A stretch of DNA of 64,000 bases from the human T2T-CHM13v2.0 reference genome, Homo sapiens, in assembly GCF_009914755.1 (NCBI RefSeq), contig NC_060942.1, one strand, 5' to 3'. Below the pieces are notes generated by a model, which was not told the DNA's origin, searched no databases, and saw only the letters and a program-made list of their open reading frames with translations. A program made the translations under genes and the position numbers. Shown here one piece after another: positions 28,548 through 42,260 of this stretch (the stretch's first letter is position 1; each line of letters begins with the position of its first letter).

Positions 28548-29680
28548 CCTTTTTCTCCACAATCTCACCAGCATCTGTTGTTTCTTGACTTTTTAATAAT
28601 TGCCGTTCTGACTGGTGTGAAATGGTATCTCATTGTGGTTTTGGTTTGCATTTTTCTGATGATCATGTTGAGCTTTTTTTCACGTTTGTTGGCTGTGTTA
28701 ATGTCTTCTTTTGAGAAGTGTCTGTTCATGTCCATTGCCCACTTTTTAATGGGGTTGTTTGTTTCTTGGAAATTTGTTTCAGTTCCTTGTGGATTCTGGA
28801 TATTAGACCTTTGTCAGATGGATAGATTGCAAAATTTTTTCCCAATTTGTAGGTTGCCTGTTCACTCTGATGATAGTTTCTTTTGCTGTGTAGAAGCTCT
28901 TTAATTTAATTAGACCCCATTTGTCAATTTTTGCTTTTGTTGCAATTGCTTTTGGCGATTAGGTCATGAAATTTTTGCCCATGCCTATGTCCTGAATGGT
29001 ATTGGCTAGATTTTCTTCTAGAGTTTTTATAATTTTGGGTTTTACATTTAAGTTTTTAATCTATTATGAGTTAATTTTTGTTTAAGGTATAAGGAAGGTG
29101 TCCAGTTTCAACTTTCTGCATATGGCTAGCCAGTTCTCCCAGCACCATTTATTAAATAGGGAATCCTTTCCCCATTGCTTGTTTTTGTCAGCTTTTTCAA
29201 AGATCAGAAGGTTGTAGATGTGCGGTCTTATTTCTGAGTTCTCTATTCTGTTTCATTTGTCTATGTGTTTGTTTTTGTACCAGTACCATGCTGTTTTGGT
29301 TACTGCAGTGTTGTAGTATAGTTTAAAGTCTGGTAGCATGATGCCTCCAACTTTGTTCTCTTTGAATAGGATTGTCTTGGCTATATGAGCTTTTTTGCTT
29401 CCATACAAATTTTAAAACAGTTTCTTCTAATTGTGTGAAGAATGTCAATAGTAGTTTAATGGGAATAGCATTGAATCTATAAATTAATTTGGGCAATATG
29501 GCTATTTCATGATATTGATTCTTCCTATCCATGAGCATGGAATGTTTTTCCATTTGTCTGTGTCCTCTCCAATTGCTTTGAGGTGTGGTTTGTAGTTCTC
29601 CTTGAAGAGGTCCTTCACTTCCCTTGTTAGCTGTATTCCTAGGTATTTTATTCTCTTTGTAGCAATTGTGAATGGGTATC
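28548..29680 (-). mobile_element. L1PA/PB internal ORF2 fragment with frameshifts
   Basis: Minus-strand [29 protein letters not shown] and [17 protein letters not shown]; no 3'UTR or poly(A). Confidence 0.93.
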
Positions 29681-30026
29681 TCCACTTTTTTCTAGGTTTC
29701 AATTGTTATTGAAACTCATAGCTGAGGGTGAATTATTTTTGACATTACATTGAATACTGTGATTTTAAATCTAAAATTTAATAATATGAATATTACTACT
29801 ATTACTACTACTACACATAGCTAACACTTGTCAAGAACTTACTATATTGCCAGGCACTATTCTAAGTTCTTTACATAAATTGACTCATGCATTGAAAACA
29901 TCAATTACCATCAATGTGCAGAGTAGTAATTTATATCTTCCCATGAAGTCAGGCTTCTAATGAATGCAGATGTCTCTTGTCTTCCCCTTGGGTTGTTTTT
30001 GGGACATAAAGTACAGGTATTATAGT

Positions 30027-30485
30027 TGTTATGGGTTAAATAGTGTCCCCTCAAAATGTTTACATTGAAGTCCTAGCTCCCAGTACCTGAGAATGTAACC
30101 TTATTTGGAAATAGAGTAGTTGCAGAGAGAATTAGTTAAGATGAGATCAGACTTGAGTGGGGAGAGGGCAGTTAATTCAATATGACTGTGTCTTTATAAA
30201 AAGGGGACATTTGGACACAGGCACACAGGGAGAACATCATGTGAACATGAAAGCAGAGATAGGGTGATGTTTCCATAAGGCAAGGAACGCCAGTGGCCAG
30301 CTAACCATGGGAAGCTAGGGCAGAGGCATGGAACAGATTCTTCCTCATGGCCCTCAGAGAAAACCGTTTCTTCTGACACCTTGTCTTGAACTTCCAGCCT
30401 CCGGAACTGCGAGACAATAAATTTCATTTGTATGAGCTACTTAGTTTGTGGTAATTTGTTCTGGAAGACCTAGCAAAATAATACA
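30027..30485 (+). mobile_element. MLT1B/C-like MaLR solo LTR
   Basis: TGTTATGGGTTAAATAGTGTCCCC...AATAATACA; TG..CA ends; flanks ATAGT/ATAGC. Confidence 0.9.
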
Positions 30486-31319
30486 ATAGCTTACAAAATG
30501 TAGATGACTAGCAAAATATACAAAATATACTAGATAAGCAATTCCTTGAATTACTTATTTTTGATGACCCAAGTCTTACTTAGCACATAAATGACTGAGA
30601 AATAAATTAATGAATATTACTTTAGTAAAGGCAACAAAATAACAGCATCACGATGGGCTTTAAAATGGCAGGGGAAACAGCTATGAGTATGCAGCTAGAA
30701 CTACCTGCTGTTAGGGAGGGAACTATTCCTGTCATGAAAAAATTTAAAGTACATGCTATTGGCTTCGCATATGATTGCAAATGTCAAAATTCCATTAATT
30801 TGATTTTTAAAGTTTAAGGTATTCTGCCATTTGGTTACCCAGTATATGAATAGAATGACATTTATTCTACTTGGCTCTCTGTAAGCTACACATGCACATT
30901 TGTTTGAAGGGTATCATTTATCCCTTTAATGAGTATTTTGGGATCACACCATGTTGGATTAAATAGGATGTGTGATCAGAAGGAAAAGAACATACTCTGA
31001 AACTTTAGACTCTAATGGAAGACAGACCTAACGAACACGAATGTCTTAAGTTACAATGAAAAACAGTGTGGGATTAAGTGGCAATGAGTGACACAGACAA
31101 GACAGTACATCTATAGACTTCAGAGAATGGAGAGAAAGAGCAGATAAGGCCTTGTGAAGGAGGTAAAATTCTGTTTAGACTTTGCAGGGAGGGGAAAAGA
31201 AGGGCCTTTTAGATGAGTGGAGGGAAACTGTGACCCAAAGCAGGAATGAATAAGGTCTGTATTTTGAGGAAAAGTAATGATTTTCTCTTAGCTGGAGTGG
31301 GAAATTTTTTTAAAAGGCT

Positions 31320-31510
31320 ATATATTCAGCACCTACTATATGCCAGGTGTTCTACCAAGTATTATTTAACTTAATTCATAAAATAGCCTTGGAAATTAGC
31401 TGTTATTAACTCCATTTCCAAATGGGGAAATCCTGGCTAAGAAAGGATAAGTCACTTGCCCACGGTCATATGCTGGCCAGTGGTAGAGTAGATGCTTAAC
31501 CTCACATCTG
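31320..31510 (-). mobile_element. MIR
   Basis: AGCACCTACTATATGCCAGG...AAGTCACTTGCCCACGGTCA. Confidence 0.75.
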
Positions 31511-31921
31511 TCCCATGTCCCTCACATGGGTTTGTGTGCTGACCCATCTCCTCCTATCTCAATTTTTCCAAGTTTAGATATAATCCAAGTGGACATACAC
31601 GTCCAAGGAAGATTTCTCTTCCTTCAGTCTATTTAGGGAAAGGTGGGTTTATACTTTTATTTTCCTGAGCTATTTCTTGGTGTCACACGTTCCTATCTCT
31701 GGGAACATGAGACCCAGATTGGCTCTGGGTCTCTGCTTGTTTCATAGGTGACCGCTGCGTGGACCCTATGGCCATTGTCCTCATGATATGATGCCGCTAC
31801 TATAATGTTGGCATCAGTGACATGGTGATGTTGAGAAGGACACAGTATCTTTTACTACTCTGTTGTGTAATTCTGTACCACACCACCAATACAAAAAATT
31901 ACTGAGGGAATTAACTGGAGG

Positions 31922-32355
31922 TTATATTCATTAGGATATAGGTTTAGCTATGGAAACAGAGAACCAACATTTGTAATGGGTTAAATAAAGTGGAAGTTTG
32001 TTTCTCTGCCATATAAGAGTCTGAGCTGTTATGGTGGTGCTTCTTCATGACAGGGACAGAGAAACTTCCACCTTGTTGTTCTACTACTGCAAGGCAGCTG
32101 CATGCAAGATCCAAGATGGTACACCATTGTGTCTATATCCTATTAAGGTCTTTCTAAGGACATGGCCTGGAAGTTGCGCACAGTGCTTTCACAATCAACC
32201 TACTGGCCACAACTTAGTCACTTGGCCCCATCCAGCTGCAAGGGAGGCTGCTGTCTATATTCTGGGTGGCCAAGAAGCCAGGTAGAGCTCAAAGGCTCCC
32301 TGACTATGGAAAGAGGAGAATGAATATTGGGGGATAGTTAGCAATCACTGCTATA
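31922..32355 (-). mobile_element. old MLT1 (J/K/L-like) LTR
   Basis: TTAGTCACTTGGCCCCATCCAGCTGCAAGGGAGGCTG...GAATGAATATTGGGGGA. Confidence 0.75.
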
Positions 32356-32561
32356 GAAGGAATTCTAAAAACAGAGAAAACTATGAGACTTAGATGACAA
32401 ATATGGCCATCTCCAGAGTCTAGTAAAAGAGATAAAATTATTTAAATCCATTTGTGAAGATATTCTATCCTATAAAAGACATTGTTCAGTTACAGTATTT
32501 CCTATTTCAGATGTGCCTTTTTCTTTTAGAGAGAGATGAAAAGATAGAGGATGGGGTTGGG

Positions 32562-32566
<5 letters not shown>

Positions 32567-32611
<45 letters not shown>
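32567..32611. repeat. (AG)n microsatellite
   Basis: About 22 uninterrupted units. Confidence 0.95.
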
Positions 32612-32621
<10 letters not shown>

Positions 32622-32643
32622 TCCAAAGGTACATCTTCAGTCT

Positions 32644-32945
32644 TTTTTTTTTTTTTTTTTTTTTTTTTGAGAGAGAGAGAAGATCTTGCTCTCTCACCCA
32701 GGCTGGAGTACAGTGGTGCAATCATAGCACCTTGATCTCCCAGGCTCAAGCAATCCTCCTGCTTCAGCTTGCCAAGTAGCTGGGACCACAGGTGTGCACA
32801 GCCATGCCTGGCTAAGTTTTATTTTTATTTTTTGTAGAGACAGGATCTCATGTTGTCCAGGCTGCTCTCGTGCTCTCAGGCTCAAGCATTCCTCCCATCT
32901 TGGCCACCAAATGTTGGGATTACAGGCATAAGCCACCAAGTTTAG
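32644..32945 (-). mobile_element. AluJ
   Basis: Poly-T tail, dimer, GCAATCATAGC and GGCTCAAGCAATCCTCC diagnostics. Confidence 0.92.
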
Positions 32946-33846
32946 TCTCATCTCTAGTCTTTTAAAGGAAACTATATCCTCTTCTCACTCTTGGATCTCT
33001 CCCCGAGAACTATTCTTAGACACAGTAACATGCAGCTGCACCTTTGAAAATTCTGAGTTATCCTATCTACAGCTGGCCACAAGAGACATAAAGCAGAAAA
33101 CCCCAGGGTCACCTCTGGTTGATGTAAAGTTATGTTGCTTCATTCTCTTGTGTACCATGTGGGTGGTTAATGGAATACGTGTGTGTATGTGCACCCACAG
33201 ATACACACTCATATCCCACTCACTGGGATGACAGTTATCTTAGAGTTGATGCAGTCTAAGTCCAAATTAATGAAGAAAACACTTTTTAAGTGTATAATCT
33301 GCACAGATATGCAACCCACAGTATGGAGAGGGCTTGGTGCTCTACATGGAGCAGTGTGAATTTCTTCTTGATTACAGGAGATCTATTCTTCTTTACAAAC
33401 ATCAGAGCCATCCGCCACTAAGAACTGCTCTTCAGCTATTCAAAGAAGCATTGAAATTCCACTTTTTTTCCCTTTGGCTCAGATAAAAGTTTCACTAAAA
33501 CTATGCTTCTGTCTTTCCAAACGAATCTATGAAGTTCACAATATAACAAAATATGAACATGTATTTGCCTCTTTTCAAGGTAAACCCTAGTGTTTGTGAA
33601 GGTGTGGTAGTTAGAGTTTTACTTCTAATTACATTTGGTTAAAAACTCCTTTACAATTTTTTAAGTAAATTTACACATTTCCTTAAAAATGTGAGACTTC
33701 TCTGAATTTGATCATCCTGTGATGAAGGTAAGTTTTTCTGGTGTGCTGAGATTTCTTTGGCATGTCTCTTCTGTCTGGCTGTGCCTCCTTTGATTCCTAG
33801 CTCTACTTTAATTCAGGATGCATTGCATCCTTTCTGTTGCTAAATA

Positions 33847-35414
33847 CAGGCACATGTCACTTAATAATGAGGAGAAATGTGTCATCAGGTAATTTCTGTG
33901 CAAACATCATTGTGTACTTAGGCAAATCTGGATGGTCTAGCCTGCTATACACCTAGGCTATATGGTATAGCCTATTTCTCCTAGGCTACAAATCTGTAAG
34001 TATTGTCACTTATTGAATATTGTACGCAATTGTAACACAATGGCAAGTACTTGTGTATCTAAACATATCTCAACATGGAAATGGTCCAGTAAAAATAGGG
34101 TATAAAGGATAGAAATGGTACACTCTGGGCACTTATATATATAGAGCATTTATCATGAATGGAGCTTGTGAGATTATAAGTTGTGAGTAAGTCAGTGTAT
34201 TGGTCTGTTCTTATGCTGCTATAAAGAACTACTTGAGACTGGGTAATTTCTGAAGAAAAGAGGTTTAGTTGACTCACAGTTCCACAGGCTTAACAGGAAG
34301 CATGACTGGGAGGGCTCAGGAAACTTACAATCATGGTGGAAGGTGAAGGGGAAGCAAGCACCTTCTTCACATGGTGGCAGGAGAGAGAGAGAGGAGGGGG
34401 GAGTGCCACACACTTTTAAACAACCAGATCTCATGAGAACTGACTCACTATCATGAGAACAGCAAGGGACAAATATGCCCCCATGATCCGATCACCTCCC
34501 ACCATGCCCCTTCTCCAATTTGACATGAGATTTGGGCAGGGACACAAATCCAAACCATATCAGTCAGGGAGTGAGTGGTGAGTGAATGTGAAGGTCTCAG
34601 ACATCACTCTACGCTAATGTAGACTGTAATCACTGTACACTTAGGCTACATTAAGTTTATAAAAAATTTCTTTCTTCAATAATATATTAACCTTAGTTTA
34701 CTGTCACTTTCTTACTTTATAAGCTTTTTAGTTTTAGAAAACTTTTTTACTCTCTTGGTAATAACACTTAAAACACAAACACATACAGCTGTACAAAAAT
34801 ATTTTATTTCTTTATATCTTTATAAGCTTTTTTGTATTTTAAAATTTCTTTATTTATTTTTTACCATTTAAACTTTTTTGTTAAAAACAAAGACACAACA
34901 CACACTTAGTCTAGGCCTACACAGGGTCAGGATCATTAATATCACTGTTTTCCACCTCCACATCTTGTTCCACTGGAAGGTCTTCAGGGGCAATAGCATG
35001 GATGGAGCTGTCATCTCCTATGATAACAAGGCCTTCTGGTATCTCTCCTGAAGGACCTGCCTGAAGCTGTTTTATAGTGTTTTTTTTTTTTTATGAGTAG
35101 GAGTGCATTCTAAAATAACAATTAAAAGTATAGTAAATATATAAACCAGTAACATAGTCACTTATTATCATTATTAATGATTCTATATTGCACATAACTG
35201 CATGTGCTAGACTTTTATGTGACTGGCAGTGCAGTAGGTTTGTTTACATCAGCATCACCACAAACAGGTGAGTAATGTGTTACAGTACAACATTAGGATG
35301 GCTATGACATCACCAGGCAATAGGAGCTCTTCAGCTCCATTATAATCTTATGGAAATACTGTCATGTATACTATTCTGTCATTGACCAAAATGTCATTAT
35401 GTGTCACATGACTG
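33847..35414 (+). mobile_element. Tigger3-like (TcMar-Tigger) DNA transposon, interrupted by an MST LTR
   Basis: TA|CAGGCACATGTCACTTAAT ... ATTATGTGTCACATGACTG|TA; internal TACACCTAGGCTATATGGTATAGCC. Confidence 0.88.
34196..34562 (-). mobile_element. MSTA-like MaLR solo LTR
   Basis: TGTATTGGTC...CCAAACCATATCA; perfect 5-bp TSD GTCAG at 34191-34195 and 34563-34567. Confidence 0.93.
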
Positions 35415-35829
35415 TAGTTATTTTTAACTGAAGAATTGTCTTTTCCCAACAGCTCTGTTCTTCAACAGTTCCTCTCCAAAATCAAAACAAGACAGAAATG
35501 TTACATGGAAACACTAAATTTGTAAGTGAGAACCATTAGGGTGAATAGCTTTTATTTTTTCTTTCCTTCTACTTGTCTCCTTGCATCTTTCTTTCTAAGC
35601 AAATGAGACATTTGATTACAATGAAGTTCTCAGAACTTAAGGATCATTTAGGTCTCAAAGATCACTTTATGTTACCAAAAATTACAAGTTGAACAGACGT
35701 AAGAGAAGAGTGTTACAAAGGCAGATAAAGTGGTTTTTTTATTCACAGCATCAGCTATTTCCTTTTCAGAAGCTAATTAGAAGTAAATGTCGACCCAGCC
35801 TAGTTCCTGGTAGTAGGTCATGAGTCTCC

Positions 35830-35975
35830 ACATGGTGGATCTCAAACTTGACTATAAAAATGCCAGTGTCTGAGTCTCACTCCCAGGGATTCTAAGTTAA
35901 TTGGCCTCGAACATGGCCTGGGTCTTATGATTTAACAGGTGATTTTAGTGTGCAGCCACTGTTGGAAATCTGCTC
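35830..35975. mobile_element. MER5B-like hAT-Charlie fragment
   Basis: TCTCAAACTTG...GATTCTAAGTTAATTGG...CAGGTGATTTTAGTGTGCAGCCA. Confidence 0.65.
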
Positions 35976-36696
35976 TCAACCTTTTCACAGAGCTATTTCT
36001 GATAGGATGCCATTCTGAGCAATGATTTATTTAAATTTTGTTCTAAAGCACTATATCTGGCTGGTAGAGAGAATAAGTTGATGAGCTGCATTGAGGATCA
36101 GGTAGAATGTAATTCTACCTGATATAGAATTTATATCTATATAAAGTGGAGATTCTAAATCCTCTGGATCCAAAATAAAGTAAGGTCCATGTGAAGCAAG
36201 ACACGTGTCATTGTGGGGATAGTAGACAAAGGTGACTGAGCTGGGCAGGAGTCAGCGAGTATACAGATACAGGCAGGAGAGGGTGAGGGGTAGGCTTTGC
36301 TATTCTAGCCTTTGGAGTCAAAATTCTGACCATAAAGATTTAAATTTACTGTGTGCTTTGGGAAAGTGCACAGGAAAGGAGGAATCCCAGGCACTGGGTA
36401 GAGTTAGGATTCCCTTCTCTAAAGTGTCCGTGTTTCAGAGTTGCTTGGCTGGGGCTGAGGCAAGGCAGGCTGGACCCACTCTGCCTCTCCTCACGACCTC
36501 TTTTCTATGTGCTTTCCCACCTGGGGACCAAGGACAATTCTTACTCAGCCTAGGGGGCATTTAGATTTGACCTGGCCTTTTAAATTCTCCTAAATCAATT
36601 TTACATCCTTACCACCTGGTTCTGTTCATCTCTGAAATCCAGGGGTTTTAGAAGGCAGTTTTTAAAATGAGACAGATAGAAGAAATGGATGAATAG

Positions 36697-37154
<458 letters not shown>

Positions 37155-37544
37155 TGGTGTTTTTTTTTTTGTTTTTTTTTTTTTTTTTCTGTTTTGCATC
37201 GACTTGCTCTTCAATGATTTCATGTATAGCCAGATAGAATAACATTAAACAATTACGTTTTGGCTCATTTTACATTTCTGTCCTATAATAATTTGTTTTA
37301 ATGGGCCATTCATTTTTCATGCATATGTAAGGCAAACTCTGAATTTGGCCTTTCTTTAGTTTTTTTCTGCTAATCACTGGAGGCAATAGTGTATAAAATT
37401 TATATTTGCCTTGGAATCTTGTAATTAAGGGTTCAAATCATTCTTTTTTGAAAATTATTTAAGATCTCTGAGTCTCAGTTTTTCTTTTTAAAAATTGGGA
37501 AAGACTAATCTTTGTAAGATTGACTTTGCTGTTTTAAAAATCAC

Positions 37545-37725
37545 TAATTTTTTTTTAAATTTCGTAATGCTGGAACAATTTGGGCAACAAAATAAATAAA
37601 ACAATGTTGGATTATAACCCAAAGTATAAAATAAATATCAATACTGATATAAATAAATGATCAACTAAAAAATAAATGGCGTGAGAATAGACAAATCTGA
37701 GCAAAATAATTGCAAATAATTCCAA
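37545..37725 (+). mobile_element. L1MC-like 3'UTR fragment
   Basis: TTGGATTATAACCCAAAGTATAAAATAAATATC. Confidence 0.6.
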
Positions 37726-40499
37726 GGTGTAGTTCATTTTTCAATATTAGGTCAAAGCTTAGTGCCTAAAGGTAAACAAGCAAACATTAATGACAAAGAA
37801 ATCCAGTAGTACCTCCTAAAGAAGTCTTAACATTAGTCTAATGGTAACGAGTTAAACATTGGAGAAGTTAAGGAGGTTGGAGAGAGATAGTCTTCAAAAA
37901 GCTACTAATACGATGTCGATAACTTTCTGTCTTTGAAAACTTTGGAGCCCTTGTCGTTCTTCCTATTTAAGTGATTTTTAAGCTTGCTAGTTGGTAATAT
38001 AGAGTTCTGATGATCCCTTACAGTTCTTTTACTTTTATTTTTTCTCCTCACTCAGAAAAAGGAGGCTGCAGTGGTTATGTTTTGCTGATGTCTAGGATAA
38101 TAGGCTTTGAAAGTTTCATTCTTTCTTTTTCTTTCCATCTTTACCTGTTCTCCAGACCCCTGATCCCACCAAATATTATTTTATTGGTACTCAAAAATGT
38201 ATCTTTAGTGAAAGACAAATATTTTTGGAAAAGTTTAAAAAATCTGTTTCTTATTCTCAAAGGGATGTTTCTATTTCCCCTTTGGTGAGCCTTGGAAGAG
38301 ATGGATAAATGTGAAAGTGTGAAGGCTCAGGGAGCATCTGAAAGGACACTGGGTGTGTCAGGGATTTCTACTTTTGTTAAGCAAGGCTCAGCCATGATGG
38401 CATCACCTACTTCCCTCCCAGAAGAAAGATTATGGTTTATCCAGCAGCTTTGCACCATGTCTGCAGGGCCTATTGGAAGTTTATGTTTGAATAATGCTTC
38501 TTAATGCATGCTTTCAACTGTGCTTGACTTTACAGTTTTGAGGAGTCGGTCTTGTTAAATCTTGTCTCATGTGAAATGATGTTGTGACAATGCCTTACTC
38601 ATTTCAAAGACCTTTGTAGTGTGGCAGAATTAATACTGAAATATTATCTGGTCCTATTTTCATGGCTCAGGGATTTTTGTGGGATGGAAAAGAGAAGCAG
38701 CCTTACCTTTCTTTCTCTTTTCTTTCCTTTCGTTCATAAAGATTTGAGGATTTAAGAGCTAATGAAAATGTCCTACCAGGAAAAAGGAAATGGACAAGGT
38801 CTTTGAGAGTCTGGAGAAAGCTAGGAGGAAGATTCTTCCCAGACTGATAAGAAGGGAGGTTTGAGTGTTCCATGGGAAGTGGGAGTGAAGGCATTATGTC
38901 AGGGCAATGACTGGGGAGGTGGGAAGATTCTAGTCATTCCCATTTTTCTAGTGCCAGAAAAATGGCACCTAGGGGAGGAGAGACCTTGGACACAGGGATT
39001 TCTGGACCAACAGAAGATCCCTAATCTCTGGAGATGGCATGGAGGCCAGAGTCTCTGGCCTTCCAGGAACACCCTGGGCTTGGAGAATGAGGATGTCAAT
39101 GGTCATCGAAACAACTTGTTGGCTAGAGGCTCTTCCTACCTTTTCTGCACTCCACATAACCCTAATTGATTCTGCTGCAGCCTGAGAATGGAGGGAGTTC
39201 TCTTAAGAACTGGGATGAAAATGCAGGCTTGGTGCTATATTAAGTTGATTAAAAAGCAATAAAATGGTAATATTTCTTGAACACCTGCGCTTGTGCACTG
39301 AGACTCATATCTGTTACACTAGAATTAATTCATGGCTAATCGATTTGAAGGGAAAATATTGATCTTTCACACCAAAGGCAAATGTCTGAGTAAGTCCCAA
39401 CAAAATCAGAAACTGCATATAACCTGTATCAAGGGAGATGAGAAGTACAACATGTGAATAAATGTACAGGGTTTGTTTTTCTATACAAACTCAGCTCAAA
39501 AACCCTAGGCAAAGTTTCTTTTAAAGAATATATATGTTAAAATTATAGGGATTTGCAAATCATGTGGCCAAAATTTTGGATGTGAGTGCAGAGGGTAGTC
39601 ATCAACTTTATTATCTCTTCTATAACTTACTATTTCTTATCTGTTGAAAGAACACTGTGCTGGGAGTCAGGACACTAAATCCCAAACTTTGGCCTTGGAC
39701 AATCCATTTTACCCCTGAATGTGTAAAATGAGGGTTTTTGCATACCTGAGAGTCCCCTAGTTGTGGAGATCCAGGATTGGAAACTGGTTCTGGGGAATAT
39801 GTAGTGCAAACAACGGTGGGCTTGCTCTGAGGACACGGGCTCAAAGTTTGGTTTTTATCACTCACTGGCCTTTGTGATCTTTGACAAATTAATTTTCCTC
39901 AACTTCAGTTTCCTAAACTGGAAAATGTAGATACTTTTTCAGGTGAATCGATGCAATACTATAGGTGGAAGTGCTTTGTAAATTATCAAGTGCTATACAA
40001 AGTTAAGGCCTTACTAACAATCGATCAACAATGCTTTATGAGAGCCTGATATACGGTGGTTGGATTTGAAGGAAAAAAGAGAGAAGTCCTTAAGATATGA
40101 CTTCAGGCCTTAGTGAACTTTCAGTTCAGAAGGGAATAAGGCAATTAGAGGACAATAAACAATTAGAGAATACTAGCAAAATAAAAATTTTAAGAAAAAG
40201 TTTCTTGGGGCGGGACATGAAGAGCTGGGGCCAGATGTTTGCATATTTAAAGAAATTGTGAACTTAAATAAAAACCAATTACTCACCAAGCCTTCTAAAA
40301 TCTACAAAACAACCGAGATAGATCTTACTTTTTTTTGTTTTTGTTTCCTCCCCACTGGAACTTAATATATGATAACCATAAGTAGTTCCTATCGAAATCA
40401 GAAAATGTGGATGAACTTCTCTAAATGGGAATCTCCATGCCTGTTAAATCCTAGATCAGTAAAGAATCTTATCACTTTGATTTCTTCAAAGTAGTCTAT

Positions 40500-40745
40500 C
40501 ATCAGTGTGTGTTTTAGAAAGAAATGATTGTTAAGTTCTAGGCATCATCATTCTTTATATAAATTAACCCATTGAATCCTCACAAAGATCTTATAATCGT
40601 ACTATTATTATCATCAACATCCTGATTTTTTAGAGAGAAAACTGAGGCACAGAGATATTAAATACCAACAGCCAAGCCCAAATTTGAACTTAGGCAGCCT
40701 GACTCCAGGGCCTTGCACTTAACCAGTGTCCTATGCTGCCACCAA
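40500..40745 (-). mobile_element. MIR
   Basis: AATCCTCACAA...AAACTGAGGCACAGAGA...TTTGAACTTAGGCAGCCTGACTCCAG. Confidence 0.8.
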
Positions 40746-41875
40746 AACACAGAGTCATCTTTTGTTTCTTAACCTTTGCTTTGCTAACAACAAAATTTAT
40801 ACACTGTCCAGTATAGAAAACTTAGAGTTCTCAAGGACAATTTTGTTGGGAGAAACATTATTTTATTTCATTGAAAATGAGTGTATCTGCGACAATGTTT
40901 GTTTTTGAAGCAATTAGTGAAAACGATATTCCAGGAAAGCTAGTTAATTTATTTTTTGCTAATAATTCTCAAGAGTGATAATACTGGGATCTTGAGTCCT
41001 AAACTCATTCATAAGTAACTAATTAGGAGAAAAAGAGAAAAAGAAAAAGGAAGCAAAGGAGACAAGAGGATGAGGCCTTGAAAACACAGAGTAGAAAAAC
41101 AACATATGTCAAATTTATTTTAACACAACTCACTCAAATTCAGTGCATATTGTGAACCGTGTTTACCAAGATATTTGAATTTTCAGAGAATTTTCTTTCT
41201 TTCTATTAGTACCTTCTTTCAAAAAATATTGTCAGGTATTTATACATTTAGATATCATCTTTAAGGCAAAAATAGCTACCAATGTACTTTAAAATAAATC
41301 ATTTGTACAGCCAATATGTTGAATAAAAAATATTAGCTTTTTGGGCCAAAAATTTCTATTTATGCTTAATTCTTATTTATTAAAAAAGTTACATGTAAGT
41401 ATAAATCAATTGAAAAAATACAGAGAGCTGTAGTAAAGTGATTACATGAGCAACAATAACAACAATTTACAGTTGTAATGGTTGGGTGTTTTATTTCTCC
41501 AGTAAAACCTACACACCTTCAAACATTTAGGGCACCTTTTGAGGAACAAGGAAGAAGTTAGTGAACACCTAATGGTAATTATATTAAATTGCCAACACAC
41601 AGTTGGGTGTAATATTGAAAAAAAATTCTAATACTAGGTGGCAAGTTTAGATGGAGAAAAGGGACCTTGCTTAAAGAGAACTAGACAGACATTTCAAAAA
41701 TTTGAGAAGTTTCACAGTAAAAAGTCCCAGCGTATAATGGCTGTTTACATCTTCCCTCCCTGCCTTCCTTCCCTCCTTCCCTTCAATCCTTCCTGCCTGC
41801 CTGCCTTCTCTCCTTCCTTCCTTTCCTTTCTCCTTCTCTCCCCCTTCCTGCCTCCTTTTATCTCTTTCTTTCATT

Positions 41876-42260
41876 TTTAAACAGCTTTATTGGGATATCA
41901 TTGACATATAAATATTTATATATATATTTAAAGTACATGACTTGGTGTTTTGATATACATGTACATGGTGGGAGAAGGAAATGGGGAGATGTTGGTCAAA
42001 GGGTACAAATGTTCAATTATTCAAGATAAATAAGTTCTGGAGATCTTGAACATGTTAAGATCTCCTTGAACATGTTAAGATATCCTGACCTTAATAAAAA
42101 TTGGCAACTATCCAGCATGGTGACAATAGTTAAAAATGCCATATTGTTTGCTTGAAATTTACTAAGATGATAGATCTTAAGTAAAATCTTCTTACCACAC
42201 ACACATGCAAAGTTGCAAAGTGATAACTACATAGAGGTGATAGACATGTTGAGTAGCTGG
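41876..42260 (-). mobile_element. L1MA9-like 3' end with inverted upstream segment
   Basis: 41876-41968 is the extreme 3' end on minus (CAGCTTTATTG); 41969-42260 is the adjacent upstream 3'UTR on plus (GGGGAGATGTTGGTCAAAGGGTACAAA). Confidence 0.8.
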
